A stretch of 64,000 bases of DNA from an uncultured Lachnospiraceae bacterium. Lineage in GTDB: Bacteria > Bacillota > Clostridia > Christensenellales > UBA1242. The notes under the pieces are model-generated. The model worked only from the letters and a program-made list of their open reading frames with translations, did not search any database and was not told the DNA's origin. The position numbers were made by a program, and so were the translations under genes. Shown here one piece after another: positions 8,782-18,868 of this stretch. The stretch spans positions 10,993 through 74,992 of the forward strand of contig CAZSGM010000007.1 in the NCBI GenBank assembly GCA_964606505.1, read 5' to 3'. Within the stretch, counting starts at the first letter, position 1. Each line of letters opens with the position of its first letter.

Positions 8782-11250
8782 TTGATATTGGAAACAGATA
8801 AAAAAGTAACAAAAAACACACTTGTTTTAGACAACTTAAAGGTTTTGGCAGGCGTTAGAAACAAAGAAATTTATACTCTTTCAACGGATTTGAAAAACTC
8901 AAGAGTTAACCTCGAAGCAGTTTTGAAAAAGACGAAAGAAAAAGAGAGAAACTATCTTGCGGATATGGAGAAAAAGGCGCAAGAAAAGGCGGGATCTAAA
9001 ACGGAGGACGTTAAGCAAACTGCTGCAGCGGGCGTTGAAAAGAAAGCTGCACCTGTGCAAGAGCCTAGCGCTAGAAAGTCGGGGAACTTGAACGCTGACA
9101 AACCAAGTGGCGAAAACCGTAATGTCCAAAAGAGAGTTTTTGATAAACCCGTCGAGAAAAGAGACGCCAGAGGTTCGCAAAACGGTAATTTCAGAAACAA
9201 CGGCAACCAGCCTAGAACTCGCGATTTTCAAGGTAACAGAGATGGGGCAAATGGCAAACCGCAAAATTCTGCGTTTAAAAAGCCACAAGAAAAGAAAGTC
9301 GCATTTGCAGATGTTGTTATCGAAAAAACACCTAAGAACAAGTTTCAAAACGCGCAAACCAAAAAGAAAAACGACACCCACAATAAGTACGAAACTAAAA
9401 AAGGTCGCGTAACAAAATATGACGCGTCGCTAAATGACCAAGAGTTTTTTGGTAAGAAAAAGAAAAAGGGTAAGACTAGCGAAAATCCTAACTATATTAA
9501 GATTGAACACGCAATCATTTCGACAAGTGAAGTTTCCGTAAAAACTTTAAGCGAGAAAATCGGTCAAACTGTTGCGGATATTATCAAGAAATTGATGCTT
9601 TTGGGTGTTATGGCAAATATCAATACCAACATAGATTTTGCTACCGCGGAACTTATTGCGGACGAATTTGGGGTAAAACTTGAGCAGCAGCTTGAAAAAA
9701 CTGCCGACGAGCAATTGCTTGAGGATATCCAACAAGCCGATAACATCGAGTCAACAATTAATAGACCGCCAGTTGTTACCGTTATGGGACACGTCGACCA
9801 CGGTAAAACCTCACTTTTGGATGCGATTAGGAACACGCACGTTACGTCCGGCGAGGCAGGCGGAATTACGCAGCACATCGGTGCATATACCATTAGTTAC
9901 AACAATAATCCAATTACCTTTATTGATACCCCAGGGCACGAGGCGTTTACTGCAATGCGCGCGCGTGGTGCAAGTGTTACCGACGTCGCAATTTTGGTTG
10001 TTGCAGCGGATGATGGCGTTATGCCGCAGACAAAAGAGGCAATTGAGCACATCAAGAAAGCGAACGTGCCTATGGTTGTCGCAATTAACAAAATTGATAA
10101 GCCGGAAGCTAATGTTGATAGGATTAAGCAACAGCTTGTTGAATGCGATGTTATGCCTGAAGAGTGGGGCGGCGACACAATGATGGTTCCAATTTCTGCA
10201 AGGAACAACACCAACCTCGACAAATTGCTTGAAGTTGTGCTTGTTGTTAGCGAAGTTAGCGACTTGCGTGCAAATCCAAATCGTCAAGCACTCGGTAGTA
10301 TTATCGAGGCAAAACTTGACAAGGGTAAGGGACCAGTTGCGACCGTACTCATTAAAAATGGTACGCTTCACGTTGGCGATACCGTCGTTTCAGGGCTCGC
10401 AGTTGGACGCGTGCGTGCAATGACGAACGATAAAGGTCAAAGTATCAAATCTGCAGGACCATCAACCCCAGTTTCCGTACTTGGGCTTGACCGCGTGCCT
10501 AACGCCGGAGATACTTTGATTGCGGTTGACGAAAAGACTGCAAAACAAGTTATCGTCGACAGAAAGAATAAGGTTCAACTTGCAAAACAAAAGGTTGAAA
10601 CAAGTATTTCTGCTGAAGATTTCTTGAAGAGTATGATAACCAAAACTCCTTATAATGTTATTATCAAAACAGACGTGCAGGGGTCATTTGAGGCGTTGCA
10701 ACAAATGTTGTCGGCGGTTGAGAATGAGGAAGTTAAGGTTCACTGCGTACACGGTGGCGTCGGCGCTGTTACCGAAAACGATGTTGAAGTTGCAATTGCG
10801 TCAAACGCAACAATTGTTGCATTCAACGTAAAAGTTGAGACAAACGCACAAACGTTGGCAGAACAAAACAACATTAGTATAATGAATTACAAGGTCATCT
10901 ACCAAGTGCTCGACGATGTCCATAAAAAGATTAAATCAATGCTCAAGCCTGTCTTTGTTGAAAAGGTTATCGGACATTGCGAAGTTCGCGTATTGTTTAA
11001 GATTAGCCGAATTGGAACGGTTGCAGGTTGCTATGTTCTTGACGGTAAGATAACAAGAAATTCGCACATCCGAGTAATGAGAAACGGCGAGCAGATTATT
11101 GATACAACAATTACCACATTCCAAAAAGAAAAGCAAGAGGTTAAGGAAGTTACCGCTGGTTATGAGTGCGGTATCAAACTTGACGATTTCAACGATATTA
11201 AAGATTTGGATATTTTTGAAGCATACATTATGGAGCAAATAAATAGGTAA
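8782..11250 (+). CDS. infB: Translation initiation factor IF-2
   Basis: GTPase motifs [21 protein letters not shown], a low-complexity basic N-terminus and operon context. Start uncertain: TTG 8782 or TTG 8788, and the AAGAGG SD spacing favours 8788. Confidence 0.9.
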   Translation: MILETDKKVTKNTLVLDNLKVLAGVRNKEIYTLSTDLKNSRVNLEAVLKKTKEKERNYLADMEKKAQEKAGSKTEDVKQTAAAGVEKKAAPVQEPSARKSGNLNADKPSGENRNVQKRVFDKPVEKRDARGSQNGNFRNNGNQPRTRDFQGNRDGANGKPQNSAFKKPQEKKVAFADVVIEKTPKNKFQNAQTKKKNDTHNKYETKKGRVTKYDASLNDQEFFGKKKKKGKTSENPNYIKIEHAIISTSEVSVKTLSEKIGQTVADIIKKLMLLGVMANINTNIDFATAELIADEFGVKLEQQLEKTADEQLLEDIQQADNIESTINRPPVVTVMGHVDHGKTSLLDAIRNTHVTSGEAGGITQHIGAYTISYNNNPITFIDTPGHEAFTAMRARGASVTDVAILVVAADDGVMPQTKEAIEHIKKANVPMVVAINKIDKPEANVDRIKQQLVECDVMPEEWGGDTMMVPISARNNTNLDKLLEVVLVVSEVSDLRANPNRQALGSIIEAKLDKGKGPVATVLIKNGTLHVGDTVVSGLAVGRVRAMTNDKGQSIKSAGPSTPVSVLGLDRVPNAGDTLIAVDEKTAKQVIVDRKNKVQLAKQKVETSISAEDFLKSMITKTPYNVIIKTDVQGSFEALQQMLSAVENEEVKVHCVHGGVGAVTENDVEVAIASNATIVAFNVKVETNAQTLAEQNNISIMNYKVIYQVLDDVHKKIKSMLKPVFVEKVIGHCEVRVLFKISRIGTVAGCYVLDGKITRNSHIRVMRNGEQIIDTTITTFQKEKQEVKEVTAGYECGIKLDDFNDIKDLDIFEAYIMEQINR

Positions 11251-11251
11251 T

Positions 11252-11587
11252 ATGAATAATAGATTAGAAAAATTAAATGAAGAGATTGTCAAAGCAGTAT
11301 CTGAAATATTGCGCGACGAAATCAAGGACCCTCGCATTGATGGTATGATAACTGTTGCTGAGGCAAAAGTTACTAATGATTTGTCGCATTGTACTATCTA
11401 TTTGAGTATCTTTAATTCGCAAGATAGGGAACAATGCTTTAAGACGATTTGCAAGTGTGCTGGCTTTATTAGGAAGCAGTTAGCTGAAAAAGTTGATATG
11501 CGAATTATGCCAGAGTTGCATTTTAAGTTAGACGAAACACTTGATTACGTTGACAAAATGAATCAACTTTTTAAAACTATAGAATAA
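11252..11587 (+). CDS. rbfA: Ribosome-binding factor A
   Basis: 111 aa, directly after infB; motifs EILRDEIKDPR and ELHFKLD. Confidence 0.85.
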   Translation: MNNRLEKLNEEIVKAVSEILRDEIKDPRIDGMITVAEAKVTNDLSHCTIYLSIFNSQDREQCFKTICKCAGFIRKQLAEKVDMRIMPELHFKLDETLDYVDKMNQLFKTIE

Positions 11588-11590
11588 TTT

Positions 11591-11642
11591 AAATGTAGCG
11601 TTACGGTTGTTAAGTGTCTTAATTATCGCGCTACATTTTTTT
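11591..11642 (+). terminator. Intrinsic terminator after rbfA
   Basis: 10-bp stem AAATGTAGCG / CGCTACATTT with a long 28-nt loop, followed by a T-run. Confidence 0.55.
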
Positions 11643-11653
11643 AAGGAATAAGT

Positions 11654-12610
11654 ATGGATTTTGAAATAATAAAAAATAAAATTAATCAAGCGCAAAAAAT
11701 TGCAATTTTTACGCACATAATCCCCGATGGCGACGCGGTCGGCTCAGCTTGTACGGTTGCGCACTATTTGCAGAGTATTGGAAAGGAAGCAAAAGTCTAT
11801 TTTCAGGAGCAGTTGAGCGACGAGTATGTTAAATTGCACATTGACGATTTAATTTCGTATCAAGAACCAACTGATTACGATTTAATTATTTGTACCGACT
11901 GCAGTAATTCCGAGCGCGTGGGGAAATACGAGCCGTTTGTGCAAAGTTGCGACAACACAATCGCGATTGACCACCATATTGCGTTTGATGATTTTGCGGC
12001 AAACAATTTCTTGAGCGTAAAAAGTTCGAGTACGTGCGAGTTTTTGTTTGACATTTTCCAAGCATTGGACTTCAAAATTGATAAACGAATGGCTGAACTT
12101 ATGTACCTCGGCATAATTCGCGACAGCGGGGGATTTATGTACAACAATACAACCGCACATACTCACTATGTTGCTGAAAAACTATTTGATTTGGGAATTA
12201 ACCACGAGTGGCTAAATCGTCAGTATATGAATACAATTAGTTTGCAAAACGCGATGGTTTTAAAGTACGCGCTCAATAATTTGGCGCTTTTTGAGAGTAA
12301 CCGCTTTGCTATTTCTACAATAACGCGCAAAGAATTGCAAAATATCGGAGCGACAATCAACGACACGGGGATTGTTGTTAGCCAGATTTTGTCAATTGAT
12401 TCAGTCGAAGTCGCGATTTTTGCAACAGAGGTTAGCGCAGGTGTTTTTAAGGTAAGCATTAGGAGTAAATACGACATTGACGCGAATAAAATTGCGCAAG
12501 TGTTTGGCGGCGGTGGGCATTCAAAGGCGTCTGGTTGCAAGGTTTACGGGTCGAGAGAAAAGGTTGTTGAACTGTTTTTGCGCGAAGTTCGCAAAGTTAT
12601 TAAGAATTAA
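11654..12610 (+). CDS. nrnA: DHH/DHHA1 phosphoesterase, NrnA-like oligoribonuclease / pAp phosphatase
   Basis: HIIPDGDAVGS, AIDHH and GGGGHSKASG motifs. Confidence 0.75.
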   Translation: MDFEIIKNKINQAQKIAIFTHIIPDGDAVGSACTVAHYLQSIGKEAKVYFQEQLSDEYVKLHIDDLISYQEPTDYDLIICTDCSNSERVGKYEPFVQSCDNTIAIDHHIAFDDFAANNFLSVKSSSTCEFLFDIFQALDFKIDKRMAELMYLGIIRDSGGFMYNNTTAHTHYVAEKLFDLGINHEWLNRQYMNTISLQNAMVLKYALNNLALFESNRFAISTITRKELQNIGATINDTGIVVSQILSIDSVEVAIFATEVSAGVFKVSIRSKYDIDANKIAQVFGGGGHSKASGCKVYGSREKVVELFLREVRKVIKN

Positions 12611-12625
12611 AGTAAGAGGTCGGCA

Positions 12626-13480
12626 ATGGACGGAATTGTTATCTTGAATAAGCCCTGCGGGGTTAGCAGCAACACCGCCTGTAGGAAAGTTGGCAGGTTG
12701 CTCGGCGAAAAAAAAGTTGGGCACTTGGGCACGCTCGACCCGATGGCTGAGGGCGTTTTGCCTGTCGCGCTGGGCAAGTGCACAAAACTTTTTGATTATT
12801 ACCTCAAAAAAACTAAAACTTACGTAGCGGAGTTTACGTTTGGGTACGAAACGGATACTTTGGATAGAGAGGGAGAGAAACTGCTTGATAATGGAAGCGT
12901 CCCTAGCGAAGAACAGATTGTTGCTGCGCTGAAAAACTTTCAAGGCACGATTTCGCAACTTCCGCCTAAGTACTCGGCTAAAAAGGTTAACGGACAGCGC
13001 GCATACGATTTGGCGCGACAAAACGTTAACTTTGATTTGCAACCCAAAGACATAACAGTTTACCGCTATGAGTTACTGAGTAAAATCAACGAGTGCACGT
13101 ACAAATTTTTAATTGAGTGTTCTGCAGGAACATATATAAGAAGTTTAGCGCGCGATTTGGCGTATAGTTTAGATACGTACGCCACTATGACAGCGTTGCA
13201 GCGTACAAAATGCGGGGAGTTTCGCATTGAAAATTCAGTAACCTTTGACGAAGTTTCTGAGGCTGCGGTTATATCGGTTGCGGAGCTTTTTAAGGAAAAT
13301 GTTGTGAAGATTGGGCGCGACGAGTGCAGAGCGGCTTATAACACGGGCTACATCACAACTGTCGCAAACCTTGATAAACTGTTATACTTAGTGTATTGCG
13401 AGCAGGAACTAGCAGGTGTTGTCGCAAAACACGACGAGCGTTACAAATTTATAATAAGAACAATGGAGTTTAATGATTGA
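12626..13480 (+). CDS. truB: tRNA pseudouridine(55) synthase TruB
   Basis: GHLGTLDPMAEGVLPV catalytic motif and operon context. Confidence 0.9.
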   Translation: MDGIVILNKPCGVSSNTACRKVGRLLGEKKVGHLGTLDPMAEGVLPVALGKCTKLFDYYLKKTKTYVAEFTFGYETDTLDREGEKLLDNGSVPSEEQIVAALKNFQGTISQLPPKYSAKKVNGQRAYDLARQNVNFDLQPKDITVYRYELLSKINECTYKFLIECSAGTYIRSLARDLAYSLDTYATMTALQRTKCGEFRIENSVTFDEVSEAAVISVAELFKENVVKIGRDECRAAYNTGYITTVANLDKLLYLVYCEQELAGVVAKHDERYKFIIRTMEFND

Positions 13481-14339
13481 TATGGTAAAATTTGGACCAT
13501 CTGGCAACGATGAATTGTTTTATGCGCAGGGGTTTAAGCATACAACCGACGCGTTTGCTTGGGTAAAACAAATGGGGCTTGACCTGTATGAATACTCGTT
13601 TGGGCGCGGAATATTGCTTAAAGACGAGACGGCGCAACTTTATGCGGAACTCGCGAAGCAAAACGATGTGCAGATTAGCGTTCACGCGCCGTATTTTATC
13701 AACCTTGCCAACCAAAATGAAGAAGCGGTTAATAAGTCGTTTGGCTATATCGACAAGTCTTTGGAGAAGTTGGTGTTGATGAACGGGCAAAAATGTGTTG
13801 TGCATATAGGTAGTTGTATGGATATGAACAGGGCGGAGGCGATTGAAAGAGTTACTTACAATTTGCAGCGCTTTATGGATTATTTTGATGAAAAGTATGC
13901 AGGCAAGGACATTTTTGTTTGCCCTGAAGCGATGGGCAAGTTTAAGCAAATCGGCACATACCAAGAGATAATCAACCTCTGTACTATGCACAAATCCCTG
14001 ATACCAACTCTTGATTTTGGGCATATCAACTGCATTTTGCAGGGCGGACTGAACAATAAGGATGCGTATAGGCGCATTCTTGACTACTTGTTTGAAAAAC
14101 TCGGGGATGAGCGGGCGCGTAAGTTGCACGTGCATTTCTCTAAAATTGAGTATTCCGAGAAAGGCGAGGTAAAACACTTAACGCTCGCAGACGACAAGTT
14201 TGGGCCACCATTTGAGCCACTTGCAGAACTGTTGGTTGAGTACAAAATGGATGAAACAACAGTTATTTGTGAGTCGAAAGACATAATGGCGCAGGACGCA
14301 AAGCAGTTAAAAACGACTTTTTTGAGTTATTGTAAGTAA
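13473..14339 (+). CDS. Endonuclease IV-like (xylose isomerase-like TIM barrel) protein
   Basis: The SVHAPYFINLAN motif resembles Nfo family HAPYLINLA. The start may instead be the ATG at 13482 (MVKFGPSG). Confidence 0.55.
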   Translation: MIDMVKFGPSGNDELFYAQGFKHTTDAFAWVKQMGLDLYEYSFGRGILLKDETAQLYAELAKQNDVQISVHAPYFINLANQNEEAVNKSFGYIDKSLEKLVLMNGQKCVVHIGSCMDMNRAEAIERVTYNLQRFMDYFDEKYAGKDIFVCPEAMGKFKQIGTYQEIINLCTMHKSLIPTLDFGHINCILQGGLNNKDAYRRILDYLFEKLGDERARKLHVHFSKIEYSEKGEVKHLTLADDKFGPPFEPLAELLVEYKMDETTVICESKDIMAQDAKQLKTTFLSYCK

Positions 14340-14530
14340 GAGGGTAACACTTTAATGCGGTTGCAACTAAATGCGTTTTTTAATTATAATAACGATATTT
14401 TTACAAACGCTATGGTGTAAAAACTTAAGTTTAACAATCTTAACTTTTTATGCAGACGATATTTTGGCAGCATTAGCGCAAAATTAATATAAAAACAAAA
14501 TTTGTTATTTAAAATTGATTATTTGATTAA

Positions 14531-14567
14531 AAGGCTTAGAACATTAAGGTGTGTCTAAGCCTTTTTT
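14531..14567 (+). terminator. Intrinsic terminator about 190 nt downstream of the preceding CDS
   Basis: Perfect 10-bp stem AAGGCTTAGA / TCTAAGCCTT with a 13-nt loop, followed by TTTTT. Confidence 0.65.
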
Positions 14568-14770
14568 GTATAGTCTGACTTTGTTTTTTTAAGTTGAATG
14601 CATTGTTGACAAAAAAACAAGCACAATAACAGATGTTGGAGAAGTACAACTAAAAGGTACATTGCGAATGTTGGGGCGAATAACCAAAATATTTAGGTTA
14701 ATTTAGTTTGTTTTGCGCACCTAAACAAAGCATTTTGGCGTATGTTTTTATATAGAATTGCGTTTCATTA

Positions 14771-14799
14771 TCATAAAGCGGCTTGCATTTTAATACAAT
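14771..14799 (+). promoter_or_regulatory. Candidate sigma-E type promoter of spoIIIA
   Basis: TCATAAA, 14-nt spacer, AATACAAT, compared with the recalled B. subtilis sigma-E consensus (ZHATAxx-14-CATACAHT). It leaves only a very short 5' UTR. Confidence 0.35.
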
Positions 14800-14815
14800 A
14801 TAAGAGAGGGAAAAA

Positions 14816-15721
14816 ATGGTTGAAAGATATTTGCCAATTGATATTGGACAGGCTGTGTTGAAGTTAAATCAGGCTAAGCTCAAGGAAATTCGCCTGAGGG
14901 TAGGGTACCCGATAGTTGTAGATTATGGCGGGGTTTATTATTTGTCTGCAAACGGCGTTACTGATACAATCGCGAAGAGTATTATTTGTGATAAGGCTAT
15001 GATTGACTACATTATTAGTCAGGCGTGTGAAAACTCAATTTACGCCTACAACGAAGAAATTAAACAGGGCTTTATAACCGTTGAGGGCGGAATTAGGATT
15101 GGGCTTGCGGGCACATGTGTTAACGAAAACGCAAAAATCAAAACAATAAAAAGTTTGTCGTCGATAAACATTAGGTTGCCGCACGAAATAAGGAACTGCA
15201 GCCTTAAAATCCTCGAATTTATGACCGAACCGCAGATTTTCAACACGTTGATTTTATCTCCCCCAGGGGCAGGGAAAACAACTTTGCTGCGGGATGTTGC
15301 GTTCCAAATTTCGCAGAGGTACATAAAAAACGTTTTGATAATCGACGAGCGCAACGAAATTGCAAATGTCGTGAATGGGTTTCCGCAATACAAACTTGGC
15401 GTTTTTTGCGACGTTATAACAAACTGTTCCAAGCAGTTTGGGCTTGAAAACGGTATCAGAAGTATGCGCCCCGACATTGTGATGACGGACGAAATAGCAA
15501 ACAAAACGGACGTTGACGCCGTGATGTATGCGCAGGGTTGTGGAGTTAAGGTTATTGCGACAACGCACTGTGATAACCTCGCAAACCTAAAACAAAAGAA
15601 AGACTTTCAAGCCATAATCGAAAACAAAACCTTTGAGCGTTATGTCGTTTTATCAACGAGAAATGGAGCAGGAACAGTTGAGGGCGTTTTTGATAGAAAT
15701 TTCAAGTGTTTGTGTATGTAA
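14816..15721 (+). CDS. spoIIIAA: Stage III sporulation protein AA (ATPase)
   Basis: Walker A LSPPGAGKTTLLRD and Walker B VMTDE; first gene of the AA-AE series. Confidence 0.85.
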   Translation: MVERYLPIDIGQAVLKLNQAKLKEIRLRVGYPIVVDYGGVYYLSANGVTDTIAKSIICDKAMIDYIISQACENSIYAYNEEIKQGFITVEGGIRIGLAGTCVNENAKIKTIKSLSSINIRLPHEIRNCSLKILEFMTEPQIFNTLILSPPGAGKTTLLRDVAFQISQRYIKNVLIIDERNEIANVVNGFPQYKLGVFCDVITNCSKQFGLENGIRSMRPDIVMTDEIANKTDVDAVMYAQGCGVKVIATTHCDNLANLKQKKDFQAIIENKTFERYVVLSTRNGAGTVEGVFDRNFKCLCM

Positions 15722-16195
15722 ATGGTAAGCTTGCTGCTATCTGTGCTCGTTATAACTTGCTCCAGTTATATTGGTTGGGGGATACAAAATTATTACAAAA
15801 GCCGAATTGTGTTCTATGAAAACGTTGACAACTTTTTGCATTATTTAAGTAACAACATCAACTTTTACAAAGATAGCATTAACACAATTTTAAAGGAATA
15901 CATTGAAACATCTTCAGACTCAAAACATTTGAAAAACATCATCTCGTCGTACTTAAAAGGGAATATGGACTGCGACGCCGTCATAATCAAAAAAGAAGAA
16001 AAACAGTTAGTAAAAAACATCTTCAGCCACCTAGGAAAAAGCGATAGCGAAAACCAAATCGCAGGGTTCGCAAACTTTAGCACGCAGGTTCAGTTACTAG
16101 CGAAAAAATGTCGCCAAGATTATGAAAAAGAGGGCAAAATCGCCACAAAACTAGGCGTTTTATTCGGATTAGCATTGGCAATTTGTTTGTTGTAG
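15722..16195 (+). CDS. spoIIIAB: Stage III sporulation protein AB
   Basis: Size, N- and C-terminal TM segments, and position after spoIIIAA. Confidence 0.75.
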   Translation: MVSLLLSVLVITCSSYIGWGIQNYYKSRIVFYENVDNFLHYLSNNINFYKDSINTILKEYIETSSDSKHLKNIISSYLKGNMDCDAVIIKKEEKQLVKNIFSHLGKSDSENQIAGFANFSTQVQLLAKKCRQDYEKEGKIATKLGVLFGLALAICLL

Positions 16196-16203
16196 GAGTA
16201 AAA

Positions 16204-16398
16204 ATGGGTATTGAAATTATTTTTAAGATTGCGGCAGTTGGCATTTTGACCGCGATAGTCAATCAAGTCCTAAAATACGCGGGCAAGGATGAAATAGCGA
16301 CGCTTGCGACGCTGGCGGGCGTGATTGTCGTCTTGTTTATGCTCATCAATATGATTAGCGAATTGTTTGAAAGTGTTAAAACTCTGTTTGCGTTGTAG
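16204..16398 (+). CDS. spoIIIAC: Stage III sporulation protein AC
   Basis: 64-aa two-TM protein starting MGIEIIFKIAAVGILTAIV.. with TAGGAG SD. Confidence 0.8.
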   Translation: MGIEIIFKIAAVGILTAIVNQVLKYAGKDEIATLATLAGVIVVLFMLINMISELFESVKTLFAL

Positions 16399-16405
16399 GC
16401 GGCTT

Positions 16406-16789
16406 ATGGAAATTTTTAAAATCATCGCAATTGGGCTTATAACCACCGTCGCGGTGTTAGTCGTAAAACAGACGAAACCCGAAATCGCGGTTTTTGTTGG
16501 GCTTGCTGGGTCGCTGCTTATATTTATAGAAATAATAGGAATGGTAAGCGAGGTGTTTGTCGTTTTTAATTCAATCGTAACCAAAACAGGCGTGAGCAGC
16601 GAGCTATTTGGCGTTTTGATGAAAATCATCGGTGTCGGGTACCTGACCGAGTTTAGTGCGAGTCTATGCGCAGATAGCGGGAACACGTCTATCGCGGACA
16701 AGATTATGTTGGGCGGCAAAATTGTAATCTTAGTGCTCGCAATTCCAATTTTTATTTCAATAATAAATATAATAACAGGTTTGTTATGA
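16406..16789 (+). CDS. spoIIIAD: Stage III sporulation protein AD
   Basis: Starts MEIFKIIAIGLITTV..; 127-aa multi-TM protein in the canonical position. Confidence 0.8.
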   Translation: MEIFKIIAIGLITTVAVLVVKQTKPEIAVFVGLAGSLLIFIEIIGMVSEVFVVFNSIVTKTGVSSELFGVLMKIIGVGYLTEFSASLCADSGNTSIADKIMLGGKIVILVLAIPIFISIINIITGLL

Positions 16790-18039
16790 AAAAAAACATT
16801 TATGAACTCAAGTTATATAAAAATAGAAAAAAATTGACAAAACTTGATTTTTTGATGTGCTTTTTTGCAGTTTTAATCCTGTTATTTGTCAATTTTGGTG
16901 GCATTCCAAGCGTTTTTGCCGCGGGCGAAAGCGACACAACTACAATTGAAAGCGAACTCACTGAAACTGTGAACGAGCAGTTGTCAGGCATAGATTTTAA
17001 TGGTTTTCAAACAATTTTAGACAATATGTCGGAGGAACAAATTGAGATATTTGGGGCTTCCTCGTTTACGGACAAACTAGCAAAACTACTTACAAGTGAT
17101 TTTTCAAGCGGCGAAACAAACTTAGTGGGACAAGTCCTCGGCTTGTTTTTCGATGAGATTTTAGCGTTTATCCCGTTGCTTGCAACTATCTGCGCCATTG
17201 CTATTTTGTGTAGTTTTATTTCAAATTTAAGGGTAAAAACGAATGACAAATCAATTGCGGACATCGTGCATTTTGTGTGTTTTGGAATTGTAATCGTTGT
17301 TTTATCCGCGTCGGTTTTTCAATTGGTTAATATGACACGTGAGTTGCTAAACTCGCTCCAAGCGCAAATGCAAGTTATTTTCCCGATTATGCTTACTCTG
17401 CTCGCGGGGCTAGGGGGAGTCGTCTCTGTCAGCGTTTACCAGCCAATGGTTGCAGTGCTGGTGTCAGGTGTTATGCAAATATTTAATTATGTGGTGTTCC
17501 CGCTGTTTATTTGTACATTCGTTTTCTTAATCGTTGGAAATTTGAGTTCAACTGTAAAATTAAACAAGTTTATCTCGTTTTTTAAAAGTTCGTTCAAATG
17601 GGTTGTTGGAACGGTTATGGCGCTATTTTTTACCTTCCTAACTATTCAGGGCATCAGCGCGGGCAGTTTTGACGGGGTTTCGGTAAAAACTGCTAAGTAT
17701 GCGATAAAAAGTTATGTGCCAGTTGTTGGCGGGTATCTGTCAGACGGGTTCAACCTAATTATGTCAAGTTCGATTTTAATCAAAAACGCGGTAGGCGTTG
17801 CGGGGCTGTTTTTGTTGTTTGCAACAATTATTATCCCAGTCCTTAAAATTGCAATATTTAGCCTCGGGATGAAACTTTCGTCTGCCATAATTGAGCCAAT
17901 TTCCGATTCGCGTATCAGCGATTTTGTTTATACGGTCGGCAAAACTATGGGTTATTTAGTCGCAACAATCTTGTGCGTTTCATTTATGTATCTTGTTGCG
18001 GTCGGGCTAATTATTTGTACAGGAAATGCGTTTTATTAA
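16786..18039 (+). CDS. spoIIIAE: Stage III sporulation protein AE
   Basis: About 400-aa polytopic membrane protein with an N-terminal signal/anchor, overlapping the spoIIIAD stop. Confidence 0.8.
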   Translation: MKKNIYELKLYKNRKKLTKLDFLMCFFAVLILLFVNFGGIPSVFAAGESDTTTIESELTETVNEQLSGIDFNGFQTILDNMSEEQIEIFGASSFTDKLAKLLTSDFSSGETNLVGQVLGLFFDEILAFIPLLATICAIAILCSFISNLRVKTNDKSIADIVHFVCFGIVIVVLSASVFQLVNMTRELLNSLQAQMQVIFPIMLTLLAGLGGVVSVSVYQPMVAVLVSGVMQIFNYVVFPLFICTFVFLIVGNLSSTVKLNKFISFFKSSFKWVVGTVMALFFTFLTIQGISAGSFDGVSVKTAKYAIKSYVPVVGGYLSDGFNLIMSSSILIKNAVGVAGLFLLFATIIIPVLKIAIFSLGMKLSSAIIEPISDSRISDFVYTVGKTMGYLVATILCVSFMYLVAVGLIICTGNAFY

Positions 18040-18108
18040 GTCGGGCAATCGTTGTACGGGTAAAAGCTTCTAAACACCGCAAAAAGTTGAATTGTTTAGG
18101 TGCTAAAA

Positions 18109-18260
18109 ATGAGCTACTTTGAGGGCTTACTCAAAATTTGTGTTTGCGTTTTATGCTGGATTTGGCGCAGGGGTTAAGGGGGCGACTTTTGCCAGCGGGT
18201 AAATTGGCAAAATAAACAAACTCGGCAAAAATATGCTAAAGAACGCAAGCGATAATGTTA
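18109..18260 (+). pseudogene. Possible decayed remnant of spoIIIAF
   Basis: AGGTG SD plus ATG at 18109 opens only a 22-codon hydrophobic ORF (MSYFEGLLKICVCVLCWIWRRG). Shifted frames downstream read LLPAGKLAK and QKYAKERKR, which recall the N-terminal LLP...KYAK region of SpoIIIAF as I remember it. Confidence 0.3.
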
Positions 18261-18285
18261 TTACCGTAACACTAATAATACGAAC

Positions 18286-18323
18286 AAAAAAAAGCAGAAG
18301 CAACTCAATGCTTCTGCTTTTTC
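18286..18323. terminator. Bidirectional intrinsic terminator (end of spoIIIA transcript, and of tRNA-Glu on the other strand)
   Basis: A8 run, stem AGCAGAAGC / GCTTCTGCT, 8-nt loop, T5 run. Confidence 0.75.
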
Positions 18324-18358
18324 GTTGTAGGGAAGGGTAAGTTTCTCTACAAGATGTT

Positions 18359-18434
18359 TGGTACTCCCAACGGGGGTCGAACCCGTGTTGCCAACGTGAG
18401 AGGCTGGCGTCCTAGACCACTAGACGATGGGAGC
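18359..18434 (-). tRNA. tRNA-Glu (anticodon CTC), CCA encoded
   Basis: Hand-folded cloverleaf: acceptor GCTCCCA/TGGGAGT, anticodon stem CCAGC/GTTGG, loop CTCTCAC, 4-nt variable loop, T-arm ACGGG-TTCGACC-CCCGT. Confidence 0.85.
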
Positions 18435-18467
18435 GAATTACAAGTAAAACTTGTAACACTTAATAAA

Positions 18468-18704
18468 TTATGGTAAAATAAACACAACAACGCCCGCTAC
18501 GAAGATAACCATAGCAATCGAACGGATAACAACGAGCGTCTTGTCATTCTGAGCGATATTGTCGTCATTGCGAGCGGCTGCAAGCATTCTTCTCGACAAG
18601 ATGTACAATGAAACGCCGATGACAATTAAAACCATCCCTAAGATTACGTACCACAAAGACAACCTTTGGGCAAGCGTAACTCCTAATATCAAACTATAAT
18701 TCAT
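18468..18704 (-). CDS. Small two-TM membrane protein, unknown function
   Basis: 78-aa ORF with two hydrophobic helices. GAGG SD in the context CTAACGAGG, identical to the pgsA SD context. Confidence 0.5.
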   Translation of the reverse strand: MNYSLILGVTLAQRLSLWYVILGMVLIVIGVSLYILSRRMLAAARNDDNIAQNDKTLVVIRSIAMVIFVAGVVVFILP

Positions 18705-18868
18705 TAACTTACCTCGTTAGTATTATAGCATAATTACTGGGCGTTGTCAATAAATTTATAGAAAAATATTGCTTGGAAATCATAAAATGTCATATTTTGA
18801 TATTGACGCACAGGTAATCGCTGCGAGAAAGGGCGAAGTTACCTAAGTTTATGCGCTGCGCCCGCAAG

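Noticed and set aside
14666-14704. Mini-ORFs beginning ATG TTG GGG/GGT at the recurring AATGTTGGGG motifs (also at 20823, 26773 and 63782).
   Set aside because: None has an SD. Their lengths and sequences after the third codon are unrelated, so the conservation is at the DNA or RNA level rather than in a peptide.
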